Made by a program: the position numbers and the translations under genes. Shown piece after piece: positions 13,357 through 36,000 of a DNA stretch of 64,000 nt. Position 1 is the first letter of the stretch. Each line of letters begins with the position of its first letter. The DNA lies in assembly GCA_964035545.1 (NCBI GenBank), contig OZ037770.1, forward strand, positions 186,001 through 250,000, read 5' to 3'. The notes beneath the pieces were generated by a model. That model saw only the letters and a program-made list of their open reading frames with translations, did no database searches and had not been told where the DNA came from. The stretch comes from Bugula neritina. Lineage: Eukaryota > Animalia > Bryozoa.

Positions 13357-13448
13357 GCAAATAAAAAACCAACAGCGCGTGTTAAATTTGCTGGAAGTGA
13401 AACTACTACTAGTACTAGACTTGAACTCTAGTCACAACGGTCGTCATT

Positions 13449-16271
13449 ATGGACAGAGATAGTCCTAACAGACCAAAACATAAAGTTTCAATAACTTTTG
13501 GTAATGATCCGGTAACGCCTCAGCGAATAGTGATGCCTACGCCAGCAAGAGAAAGGGTGAGTCACAATGATTGAATGACTATGACTCGTATGACTGATAC
13601 TATAAATGTGAGCATCAGTATGACTATGAAACTGAGTATCACTCGAGACTAATTAATCATTATGAATACGATAGCCACACTCATAAGGATTATTATTATA
13701 ATCATTGATAGCCAATTTTGAATACCCCCATTCTTATAAGCCTTAATATTAATATTGCTTTATAATTATTATAAATGTTTGCAAACTAACGCTACAAGTC
13801 AGGGCCTACTAATAGCAATTAAAGATTGTACTAATTCACAATTCATTTTAAATTCACACTGGTAGCTACTAGCATTACTTTTTGAAATCAAAGGCTTTAC
13901 TGGGCTTCTTTGTTCAAATTTCACTTCCATTTCTGGACTAATATTTTTCATTGGTTTAAAATAAAGTCTGAATGTCAAGTTATAGTAATAAATTTTTTTA
14001 TTTAAACAGGTGTCTGATAATGATTGATTTAAATATTATTTTCAGCATAATTATCATGTTTCATTTTTACATGCTAATAGTTGTAGTTGTAGTCTTACTG
14101 CTCTCTATAATAACATGTATTCAGTTATTATGACTTTTTAAGTTTTGTTCCTTAGATGAAAAACTTCAACTTTGAAAAAAACTTTACTGCCAACTAGTTT
14201 TGTTAGTAAACTCAATACTTAGTAGTGAAAGATTTATTGTTACTTACATATATTGTAGCTGATGTCAATGTTGACAACGTACAAAGTTGACGATGAAAAA
14301 GAAGTGTATAATATTTTGGTATCTAAGAAGGTTCTAGATTCACTGACTCCTCAAGAAATCAGAGATCTAAGAGTTGTGTTTGACGCCTTTGATGTGAACA
14401 TGGATGGGTGAGTCATCCACCATACTGAGACAAATACTTGTCCCAGTGTATTGTTTCAATGTTATTGTAGTTTTGATGTGAAACATTTCTAGAATTTTCA
14501 TTAGCATTTATTTATACTGGTCATGTTTCAACTGTTTCGCAACATTAACTGTTAGAATGACAATGAGGGTGATGATTAGGATAGTGTATGATCTTGTAGA
14601 CTAATTCCCCTGGTGGATGTGAGAAGAGCTTTATTGTCTCTCGGCTTCAAAGTTAGTAAAGGGGAAGTGAGGAACATGATGGCAGAAGTAGACTTGCAGG
14701 CAACTAACGGGTAGGAGTGAGTACTCAGTATGAGTGTGTCAGTACTCAGTATGAGTGTGTCAGTACTCAGTATGAGTGAGTCAGTACTCAGTATGAGTGT
14801 GTCAGTACTCAGTATGAGTGTGTCAGTACTCAGTATGAGTGTGTCAGTACTCAGTATGAGTGTGTCAGTACTCAGTATGAGTGTGTCAGTACTCAGTATG
14901 AGTGTGTCAGTACTCAGTATGAGTGTGTCAGTACTCAGTATGAGTGAGTCAGTACTCAGTATGAGTGAGTCAGTACTCAGTATGAGTGAGTCAGTACTCA
15001 GTATGAGTGAGTCAGTACTCAGTATGAGTGAGTCAGTACTCAGTATGAGTGAGTCAGTACTCAGTATGAGTGTGTCAGTACTCAGTATGAGTGTGTCAAT
15101 ACTCAGTATGAGTGTGAAACTGGTAGTCTAACTGAAACATGCATTAGATGTAAACACAGAATATGTTTACAGAGAGGCCAACTTCAACACTTTCTTGGAG
15201 TTTGTCATCGACAAGCAGGGGGATTCCCGGGACAGCCTGGATGAGCTGGAGAAATCATTTAAACAGTTTGACATTGGTGAGTACATTATCTATAGTGTTC
15301 CTGTAGTTACTACTCTTCTCCTTAAATCCATAGCAGCATTATGGCTGTGAGTTAGTAAATTCTATCTGAAGTAGATGTAACAACTAATAATATGTAGCTT
15401 TGTCAATGTACATATTCTTACAACAACACAATTAAAATAATTGGTATATAAATAGCTATCAACAGTGGTTAGCTCGTATAAAGTTTTAGGCTTTATCTCC
15501 ACCTGACCATCGATAAATTCTTTTTCAAAGAAATTCTCTAGATTTTGTTTAGGCTATTACTTAATTTTATGTCAAAATGTTTTCTATTCTCATTCTGGAA
15601 AATTATACTTGAAATTCTTAACAATAAATTAAAATTATGTATTCTAGAAACTTTCACACTTATATTTTATAAAATACAAATTGGTAGGTTTAACAAATTG
15701 CCGTTGACGAGCCAACTCTGGCTTCTCTTCATATCCACGTATAAATCTTTCGCCTTTTACTAAAGATTTCCGTGGAGAGGAACATTACAATGAGTCTATA
15801 GACTTATTTTTGACACCCTCCACGGGAGGGTAATTAACACCCTCAAATGAAGTTATCTTTATACACTCTCCTTGTTAAAATTTACTCTCGTGCTTCAACT
15901 TGTAGTGTGATAATGCACGAGATTGTGAGTTGAATATATTAGTGTTTCCTTAAATTACAGAACGTAGTGATAAGTTGACCCCAGCAAGTCTCAGGTCTCT
16001 CTGTAGACAGTTTGATGTGAATTTAAAAGATGAGGAGATATTAGATATGGTGAGAATATATATTTTAGGCAAACAGTTTTGTACTAATAATTTTTTACTA
16101 AGGTACATTACAATGAGCAGTATCAGCAACTAGTTGTAATCTTGGATTTAGCACAGTTAAAGGGTTGTCATTCCCTACATACAGGTTAGAGAAGCAGACA
16201 AGAATGGAGATGGAGCAGTTGATAAACAGGAGTTCATTGATATTATGATGAAAACTAACCTCTTTATATGA
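13449..16271 (+). CDS. Centrin-like EF-hand protein; exons 13449-13556, 14259-14407, 14600-14710, 15173-15276, 15961-16049, 16185-16271
   Basis: GT-AG exons splice in frame: ...LTPQEIRDLRVVFDAFDVNMDGLIPLVDVRRALLSLGF...EILDMVREADKNGDGAVDKQEFIDIMMKTNLFI*. The ALxxLGF motif and the IMxKTNLF C-terminus are centrin hallmarks. Not represented in the ORF track. Confidence 0.88.
14717..15116. repeat. 21-bp intronic minisatellite (gtcagtactcagtatgagtgt)
   Basis: About 19 copies starting just after the donor at 14711. Confidence 0.95.
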
Positions 16272-16786
16272 ATACGTCAGGACGAGAAGACAACTTCTAC
16301 AACTGACATTCTTGTAATGACTAACTGGTAGTATTTTAGGCATGTTATTTATATTCTATTTTTAGATGCAATTTATTATGGAATGTGACAATTGTGAGCT
16401 AAACAGTTAGTGTAGTACCACTAATAAGGTTATAGTTTGTATTCGCGCATACAGGTTCTACTCTGTTAGCAGATTGATCACTTACTGTCATGTAAAGTAT
16501 ACATAGTGTGTGACATGTATGTAAATATTTATTATAGTTTATTAAGAACCTATAAAATGTGAGAAAAATATAATAGGTTATATAAATGCAAAAATATTTG
16601 TATTCAACAGAATAAACTAAAATGGTCTCTGTAGAAAATATAAATATAGACACTAAGATAATATCTAGTGGTAATAGATAAATAATTCTGTCAGGAAGGG
16701 GAATTGTCTATATGGAAGAATTACTCATGACATTAGCATGCACTGTACTATAAGTATTATATAGTCAATATTACAGTATAATACTG

Positions 16787-28318
<11,532 letters not shown>

Positions 28319-29915
28319 TATTTCCTGCGTCCACTTAGCACCGACAACTTTAAGGAAATGATGTCAGCAGAAGAGGTTCATACCGCACGCATACTGTTAG
28401 GAGGAATACTTTACCTACCTACTAAATGCCTACTAAATGCCAACATAAACATTAAAGGTAATACTATAAGAGTAGACAATTCCGCCATCATATTAGTTGA
28501 CTATATGACTCTGTAATACCCAGACTATGCAACTAACAGTTAATCTCACAAAAAGAATAATATGCTCTGATTCCAACTCAACAATGAGTCATAGATATAG
28601 GACAGGCTAACAAAACACTTAAACCAGTATTTAGCATTTACCTTAACAAAACCAATGCGAATATAACATATACCATAATGACTAAGTGATGGTGATTAAC
28701 GTCATATATAATTGTGTGTTGTGAGAGCTATGGTTCAGGATCATTATAAATCAACTACGATGACCCAATTAAGCTGCAATTAAGGCCTAATTAAACCTCG
28801 TTTCTACCTTAAAACTGCTGTAATCAAACTGAAACTTTAATCTAGGCTTAACTTTTATCACTTACCCACCTTACAGTTACAGCTATTGGAACTACAGTTA
28901 CACTAACTATAAGTGCTATAGTGAAATACTCATACTAATACTAATAGTCACGATCAGATTTAGATCTACTCATTTACAATTAAACTTGATATCAATATGA
29001 ATGACAACATGTGTATTATTATTATTGTCACATTACTGATTGAGTAGAAGTAACTGTAAGGGTAATATCAAGTTCAACATAGGGTATAACTCAAACTGGC
29101 ACTAATAGTATTTATGCATCTAGCAGTAGTGGATGAAGAACTGTAAGACTGTCACTATAGAGTAAGAATGTAGACATAGTCTTAGTCTACCAGTACCATA
29201 GTTATAGTGATAGGCATAACCATTATGACATTATGATTGAGTGATTATCATTATGATAATCACTTCAACTTTATGACTATGAGTTGTGTATCAAAATCAA
29301 TAAGCAAGTGCAATTACAAACTGACGATGACTAATTTCAATATTAAGTTAAATACCTATAAGTTATATCTGTAATCATACTGTTACACTTACTATAACTA
29401 TAAGTATAAGTATAAGTATAAGACTAAGACTGACACTGACAGTCACTGTCAGAGTAAGAATCAATGCGGATGCCGGAGCAGGAGCGAAGCAACATTAATT
29501 TTGCCTACGCTGATCTATTGTTTCACTCACGGTTTGATGGATACTAAGCAGTATGACTGTATATTGTAACAACTGCAGTATGCAATTATTGTCATTACAA
29601 TTACTATTAGTATTAGTAAGTTTGGGGGTGAATGACGGAAGTTTGAGCGTGCAATCACAGCGTTATCATTCATCAGCTAGTAGTGCAAGTGCATTGCCAG
29701 AGATTTCAGGAAGTTGCTATTCTAAGCTAGCGTTCGTTCCTGCAACTACGCAGGACTCGTTTCGACGCCTCATTTGTTGGTCAATTTCAGGAACCAGAGC
29801 CGAGTTTTAAAATCACTATATTTTAATTGGTTAATTTTTACAAGCCTGCATTATCATTGGCTATCACAATAGATATGACCTCTGACATGAAAGCCATACA
29901 TAAAATATAGCAATA

Positions 29916-30112
29916 TACAGAAATTACAGAAATAAATATGGCAATCGTCAACAAAAAAGTTGTTAAAAGCAGCACCAAGTTGGGGGTGACTAGATACAGT
30001 GTTTGTATACGCACCGTTGACCAAACTTCAAAGGCGAGATCCTGGAATCACTGCACCTCTAACTTGGTGTTGCTTCAAGCAGTTTCCTTGACGAAAGACT
30101 TGTAATTCTGTA
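29916..30112 (+). other. Imperfect inverted repeat / hairpin between the divergent PI3K and FAM162-like genes
   Basis: Core stem 29967-29988 pairs with 30054-30075 (22 bp, three G.U pairs on the + strand); outer arms tcgtcaa/ttgacga and tacagaaattaca/tgtaattctgta. Confidence 0.7.
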
Positions 30113-31187
30113 GATAGAATAATTTTATTTGTCATCATGATCACAGCTTTTACATTGCTAATTAATTTAGTGTGTATTTTTTATTTATTAGTTTTTACAT
30201 TAGTCTTAGTTATAACATTTCATGTCTTAGACTCTAAAAATTAGAGTAACAGGAGTGTAGGCTTACTCTTACTCTTAGTCTTACTTAGTCTTAAGACTTA
30301 GAGTTAGGCTATTACTATTAGTATTGCTATTAGTATTACTATCACTATTAGTATTAGTACTACTAAATGTAATACTAGTATTAATAGTGTTATTAATCCT
30401 ATTACTAATAGTTTGATGATATTTTACTTTTTTTAGTAATTTACTAGTAGTAGTAGTAAAGTAGTACTATTGCCTTGGCAATACTAATAAACTGTAGACG
30501 TGATGAAGGTCACAACACTAAATTAGTTATTAATACTTTTGTAGAACTAGATGACGGGCACGTATCTGCATATTAAGTTTAACTTTAAGTTTAACACTGT
30601 GATAGTCAATCAATATGCTTGTAGTTATAGTTGATTTAATCTTTATCACGTATCAGTAAGTTATTTGGTTGACTCATAGCTTTTAAGTGAAAAGCCATAA
30701 CTATTAAGTTTAGGTATATGAATGTTAATATGATATACTTATATCGTGATATAAGGAATATGAGAAACCGATCACCAACATCAAAATTATAACTTTTTTA
30801 AAAATTATTTATAACTTGATATGAAACTATTTAATTAAAATTTAGTTATTATTAATATGATCACAATAGCAATTATGTTTATAATATGTTGTTGATAGTA
30901 AATTATTATTAGATTGTTACTTACTTTTATATAATCAGTGTGTAATAAATAATAATTAAAATTAAGAAGTTTAGTAATAAAAGCAGCTATAGTACACAAA
31001 GTTGTTAAAAGTTGTGTAAAGATGGTTATACCAGAGCTGGAGGTATGGTGTTAAATAAGTTTTCTTACAAAACTCTACATTTGCAGCCTTATTTCTTACA
31101 CCAACTAATGAGTTTTGGGTGGACTATCGCTTTGCAGTTGATTATAATTTAATTAATCTCAATTGTCACATATTTCAGATAGTCAGG

Positions 31188-32319
31188 ATGCGTCTGCTGT
31201 CGTTATTACGTAGTGTTTCATCTCGATCTGACATACAGTCTCAAGTTCGCTGTCGCTGCCTTTACTCAGCAAGTCAGACTAAACTGAGTTCACTAGAGAG
31301 CACAGCAAACCTTTCAACCAGCCCTACTAAACCCACCAGCGAACTGAAAGTTCCCCAGGCCGAATCTGATGTTTCTGTTGAGCAGACGACTTCAAGTGGT
31401 AATATAAAGTAATATTTTGTAGCCTTATAGGTTTGCTTTTCTTACTGCCCACGACCTAAATCACTGCTTAGACTGAGATTATATTTGTGGTAGAAGGGAA
31501 GGATGGAGTACGTGCCGGCTACAATTCAGACTTATCCGAGTGGGAGAAGTGGGCCTTAGTCTATACTAAAATTTATCCCAACAAGGAGTCTATACCAAAG
31601 ATTGTCCCGTAAGTTTACACCCTGCTCTCAGCTACTACCCACTCATCCATATCTCTTATTACTGTAGGTCTGTTAAGATATCTTATTACTGTAGGTCTGT
31701 TAAGATGTCGTCATGCCAGGACAAGTTACGGACGAGAGTGGCTCTCTATCTCACCGTGATCTGTCTCTCAACCTGCCTCCTGGTGTCTGCTAACCGTAAG
31801 TCTTAGTATACTTGTTGCCTGCGTTCTTATTGGTCAGTTTCTAGTGAAACATATTCTTATTGGTCAGTTTCTAGTGAAACATATTCTTATTGGTCAGTTT
31901 CTAGTGAAACATATTCTTACTGGTCAGTTTCATGTTACAAACTATCTAGACTTACCCTAAAGTATTACTGGGTAAAGCTGGTTAAAGTTATCTGGAAGAA
32001 AAACATGTTATAGTCAACTGTTCAGCGCCAGTTTTAATTATTCTTTTTATAGAACAGAATTAATATGTATCTCACCACAATGTTGATCTTTCCCACTCAG
32101 TCTTTATTTATTGTGGGAGGTAATATCTTGTTCACTGAATCTTTATTGTGGGAGGTAATATCTTGTTCACTGAATCTTTATTGTGGGAGGTAATATCTTG
32201 TCCACTGAGTCTTTATTGTGGGAGGTATTATTCTTGTAGACAGCGTAAAGCACAGGAACAGATCCGGACAGACGATGAATGAATACGCCAACAGCCAGTT
32301 GGGACTCAAGTCTGAATAG
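31188..32319 (+). CDS. FAM162: FAM162/DUF1075-like small mitochondrial membrane protein; exons 31188-31398, 31494-31608, 31695(or 31668)-31795, 32240-32319
   Basis: R/S/L-rich presequence-like N-terminus MRLLSLLRSVSSRS; core LSEWEKWALVYTKIYPNKESIPKIVP...QDKLRTRVALYLTVICLSTCLLV (one TM helix)...SGQTMNEYANSQLGLKSE*, matching the FAM162 layout. All junctions GT-AG and in frame. Confidence 0.75.
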
Positions 32320-32674
32320 TCATGTGACCATTCATTGACCAATGACATTCATTCTCTGGGTCATGTGATCACACTAAACATGAGTGATTACCTACCTACT
32401 GTTGATGGCCAGAAAATAAAAATTGGGGTTATTATATTATTATATATATAAATATATTTCGAGGGCTTTTGAAAGCACTTTTAAATTGTAAACTTTTATT
32501 TTGTTAACTTGTTTTATGGGTTCTGTCTAACAGATATCAAAGTGGTTATGGCTGATAGAATTATACTTTAAAAATATTTGAATAATTTATACGAATAAAA
32601 TGTACGTCATTGTTGAGATACAAAGTGTGGTGAGTCATAGTAGAGTTGTCTGACCCTTGCTCTCTCTACTAACT

Positions 32675-32902
32675 ACACTATACACTGACACTATACACTG
32701 ACACTATACACTGACACTATACACTGACACAGTACACTGACACTATACACTGACACTATACACTGACACTATACACTGACACTATACTGCTGACACTATA
32801 CACTGACACTATACACTGACACTATACTGCTGACACTATACACTGACACAGTACACTGACACTATACACTGACACTATACACTGACACTATACACTGACA
32901 CA
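32675..32902. repeat. 14-bp minisatellite (acactatacactga-type) between convergent 3' ends
   Basis: Direct. Confidence 0.9.
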
Positions 32903-33079
32903 GCAGCTGGCAGCATCAGTAAACAGGTTCACAGAAACACAAAGTTAGTATAAGTTTCTAATACATGCTGGTAATATACAGTGAGTTGTGAGTAGATGAC
33001 AATGACTGATCAGTGGAACTGAGTCCAAGTTTTGGTGATTCACTGCAGCAAAGGTTATAGCCTTAGTTCTACAATTTCT

Positions 33080-36000
33080 CTAGCTCGTCCTGAGAGTGTC
33101 AGTGTTGCTGTTGACCGTCTCTCTCAGAAGTATCGTGTCACAGCTATTGGTGTTGGTTATCACTCTGCCCACCCCCTCAGTCACGAACTTCTCAATGCTC
33201 CGGCCGTTCATCTGCAAGATAGTTCTGGCACTGTAACGCCACACACCTAAGTAACATAGCTACTGCCACACCACACTTCTTAGTAACATAGCTACTACCA
33301 CACCACACTCCTTAGTAACACAGCTGCTACCACACCACATTCCTTAGTAACATAGCTACTACCACACCACACTCCTTAGTAACATAGCTACTACCACACC
33401 ACACTCCTTAGTAACACAGCTACTACCACACTCCTTAGTAACATAGCTACTACCACAGGACTATGAAGATGAAGCCACCCACTCACATTGTTAGCTGCTG
33501 AAGTCGGTCTAATAACATGTCCTGTTTTCTTCAGTGCAGTCCTTCTATTCCGGTAGTGTATATACTCTGCTAGAGCAACTAGCAGACCCAGAGTCAAACC
33601 AACTAAGAGTACTACAAACATTCCTCCAACCTAAAAGAGTTGTTATATTGTAGTGTGTCAGAGGAGATAATCACGTGTGTTAACTAGGAAACCATGTTGA
33701 CTGATGGGCTGATTTACTAAGCACAGTGGTAGAAACATGAGAGTTACTGAACCAGTTTCTAGCTAACGGCGCAACTGAATCAATGATATCTACAGGGAAA
33801 CGACTGAGCTAGGGTAGACACGGGGGGGGGGAGAGGAGGTAGGTAGGTAGAAGTAGACTGGGATCTTACATGAGGAAGGTCTAGGGGGTACGCCACGCTC
33901 TCCCCCTGTCCAGGGTTACTACAGGTGCTTATCATCCTCCACCACTTGTCGTACAGTTTGTGTATGGATCCCGTCTCTTGTAGCTTCAGTATGGCTCCAG
34001 ATATGAGGTCTCTCCACGGGGAGTCTATATGACAATGTGTATAGTATGTAGTTAGTATGTAGTTAGTGTGTAGTTAGTGTGTAGTTAGTGTGTAGTTAGT
34101 GTGTAGTTAGTGTGTAGTTAGTGTGTAGTTAGTGTGTAGTTAGTATGTAGTTAGGGTGTAGTTAGTGTGTAGTTAGTGTGTAGTTAGTGTGTAGTTAGTG
34201 TGTAGTTAGTATGTAGTTAGTGTGTAGTTAGTGTGTAGTTAGTGTGTAGTTAGTGTGTAGTTAGTGTGTAGTTAGTGTGTAGTTAGTGTGTAGTTAGTAT
34301 GTAGTTAGTGTGTAGTTAGTGTGTAGTTAGTGTGTAGTTAGTGTGTAGTTAGTATGTAGTTAGTGTGTAGTTAGTGTGTAGTTAGTGTGTAGTTAGTGTG
34401 TAGTTAGTGTGTAGTTAGTATGTAGTTAGTGTGTAGTTAGTATGTAGTTAGTGTGTAGTTAGTGTGTAGTTAGTGTGTAGTTAGTGTGTAGTTAGTGTGT
34501 AGTTAGTGTGTAGTTAGTGTGTAGTTAGTGTGTAGTTAGTGTGTAGTTAGTGTGTAGTTAGTGTGTAGTTAGTGTGTAGTTAGTGTGTAGTTAGTATGTA
34601 GTTAGTGTGTAGTTAGTGTGTAGTTAGTGTGTAGTTAGTGTGTAGTTAGTGTGTAGTTAGTGTGTAGTTAGTGTGTAGTTAGTGTGTAGTTAGTGTGTAG
34701 TTAGTGTGTAGTTAGTGTGTAGTTAGTGTGTAGTTAGTGTGTAGTTAGTGTGTAGTTAGTGTGTAGTTAGTGTGTAGTTAGTGTGTAGTTAGTAGGTAGT
34801 TAGTGTGTAGTTAGTGTGTAGTTAGTAGTTAGTGTGTAGTTAGTGTGTAGTTAGTGTGTAGTTAGTGTGTAGTTAGTAGGTAGTTAGTGTGTAGTTAGTA
34901 TGTAGTTAGTGTGTAGTTAGTGTGTAGTTAGTGTGTAGTTAGTGTGTAGTTAGTGTGTAGTTAGTGTGTAGTTAGTGTGTAGTTAGTGTGTAGTTAGTGT
35001 GTAGTTAGTGTGTAGTTAGTGTGTAGTTAGTATGTAGACATAAACTCACATCTCTGAGTGCCGACGCCGTACCCTTTACTATCAAGCAGCCCTCCAATCT
35101 GAATCAAACTTTCACAGTCTTTCTGTACTCTGAAAGTAGAGAGCAAAGTAATAAGACACTCTTTCTCTACTCTAAGAACAGAGAGCAAGGTAATGTGCTA
35201 AGCCATACTGACTACTCCATACTGACTACTCCATACTGGAATACCTATAGTCAAGGGAAGCCGACTCTAGAAGGAATGCGTAGTTGCCTTTCTTGACTCT
35301 CTCCACCCCCTCTTCGTACGACCTGACAAACACATCCGGGTTGGATGACATGTAGGACCACATTCTCCTGTAGACTTCGTTCTTTGACTCCTACCACAGT
35401 ACATAGAGTATATACCACAGTACATAGAGTATATACTACAGTACATAGAGTATATACTACAGTACATAGAGTATATACCACAGTACATAGAGTAAATACT
35501 ACAGTACATAGCTATATACTACAGTACATAGAGTGTATACCACAGTACATAGAGTATATACTACAGTACATAGAGTATATACTCCACGTACTGTAGTGTA
35601 TACTCTATGTACTGTGGTATATACTCTATGTACTGTAGTATATACTCTATATACTACAGTACATAGAGTATATACTACAGTACATAGAGTATATACTACA
35701 GTACATAGAGTATATACCACAGTACATAGAGTATATACCACAGTACATAGAGTATATACCACAGTACATAGAGTATATACTACAGTACATAGAGTATATA
35801 CTACAGTGCATGGAGTATATACTACAGTACATAGAGTATATACCACAGTACATAGAGTATATACTACAGTACATAGAGTATATACTACAGTACATAGAGT
35901 ATATACCACAGTACATACCTTAAAGAAGAGAAAGGTGGAGCCGTTGAGAAGTGTCCCGTACTTGATGTTAGTTTGAGTGGAAAGTTCCTCTACATCTTTA

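Noticed and set aside
29967-30075. Canonical pre-miRNA
   Set aside because: About 65 nt between the arms is too long for a typical animal pre-miRNA loop, and no known mature sequence was recognised.
33870-34025. Suspected frameshift in the iGluR pre-M4 exon
   Set aside because: Re-reading gives a continuous frame [26 protein letters not shown]; no lesion.
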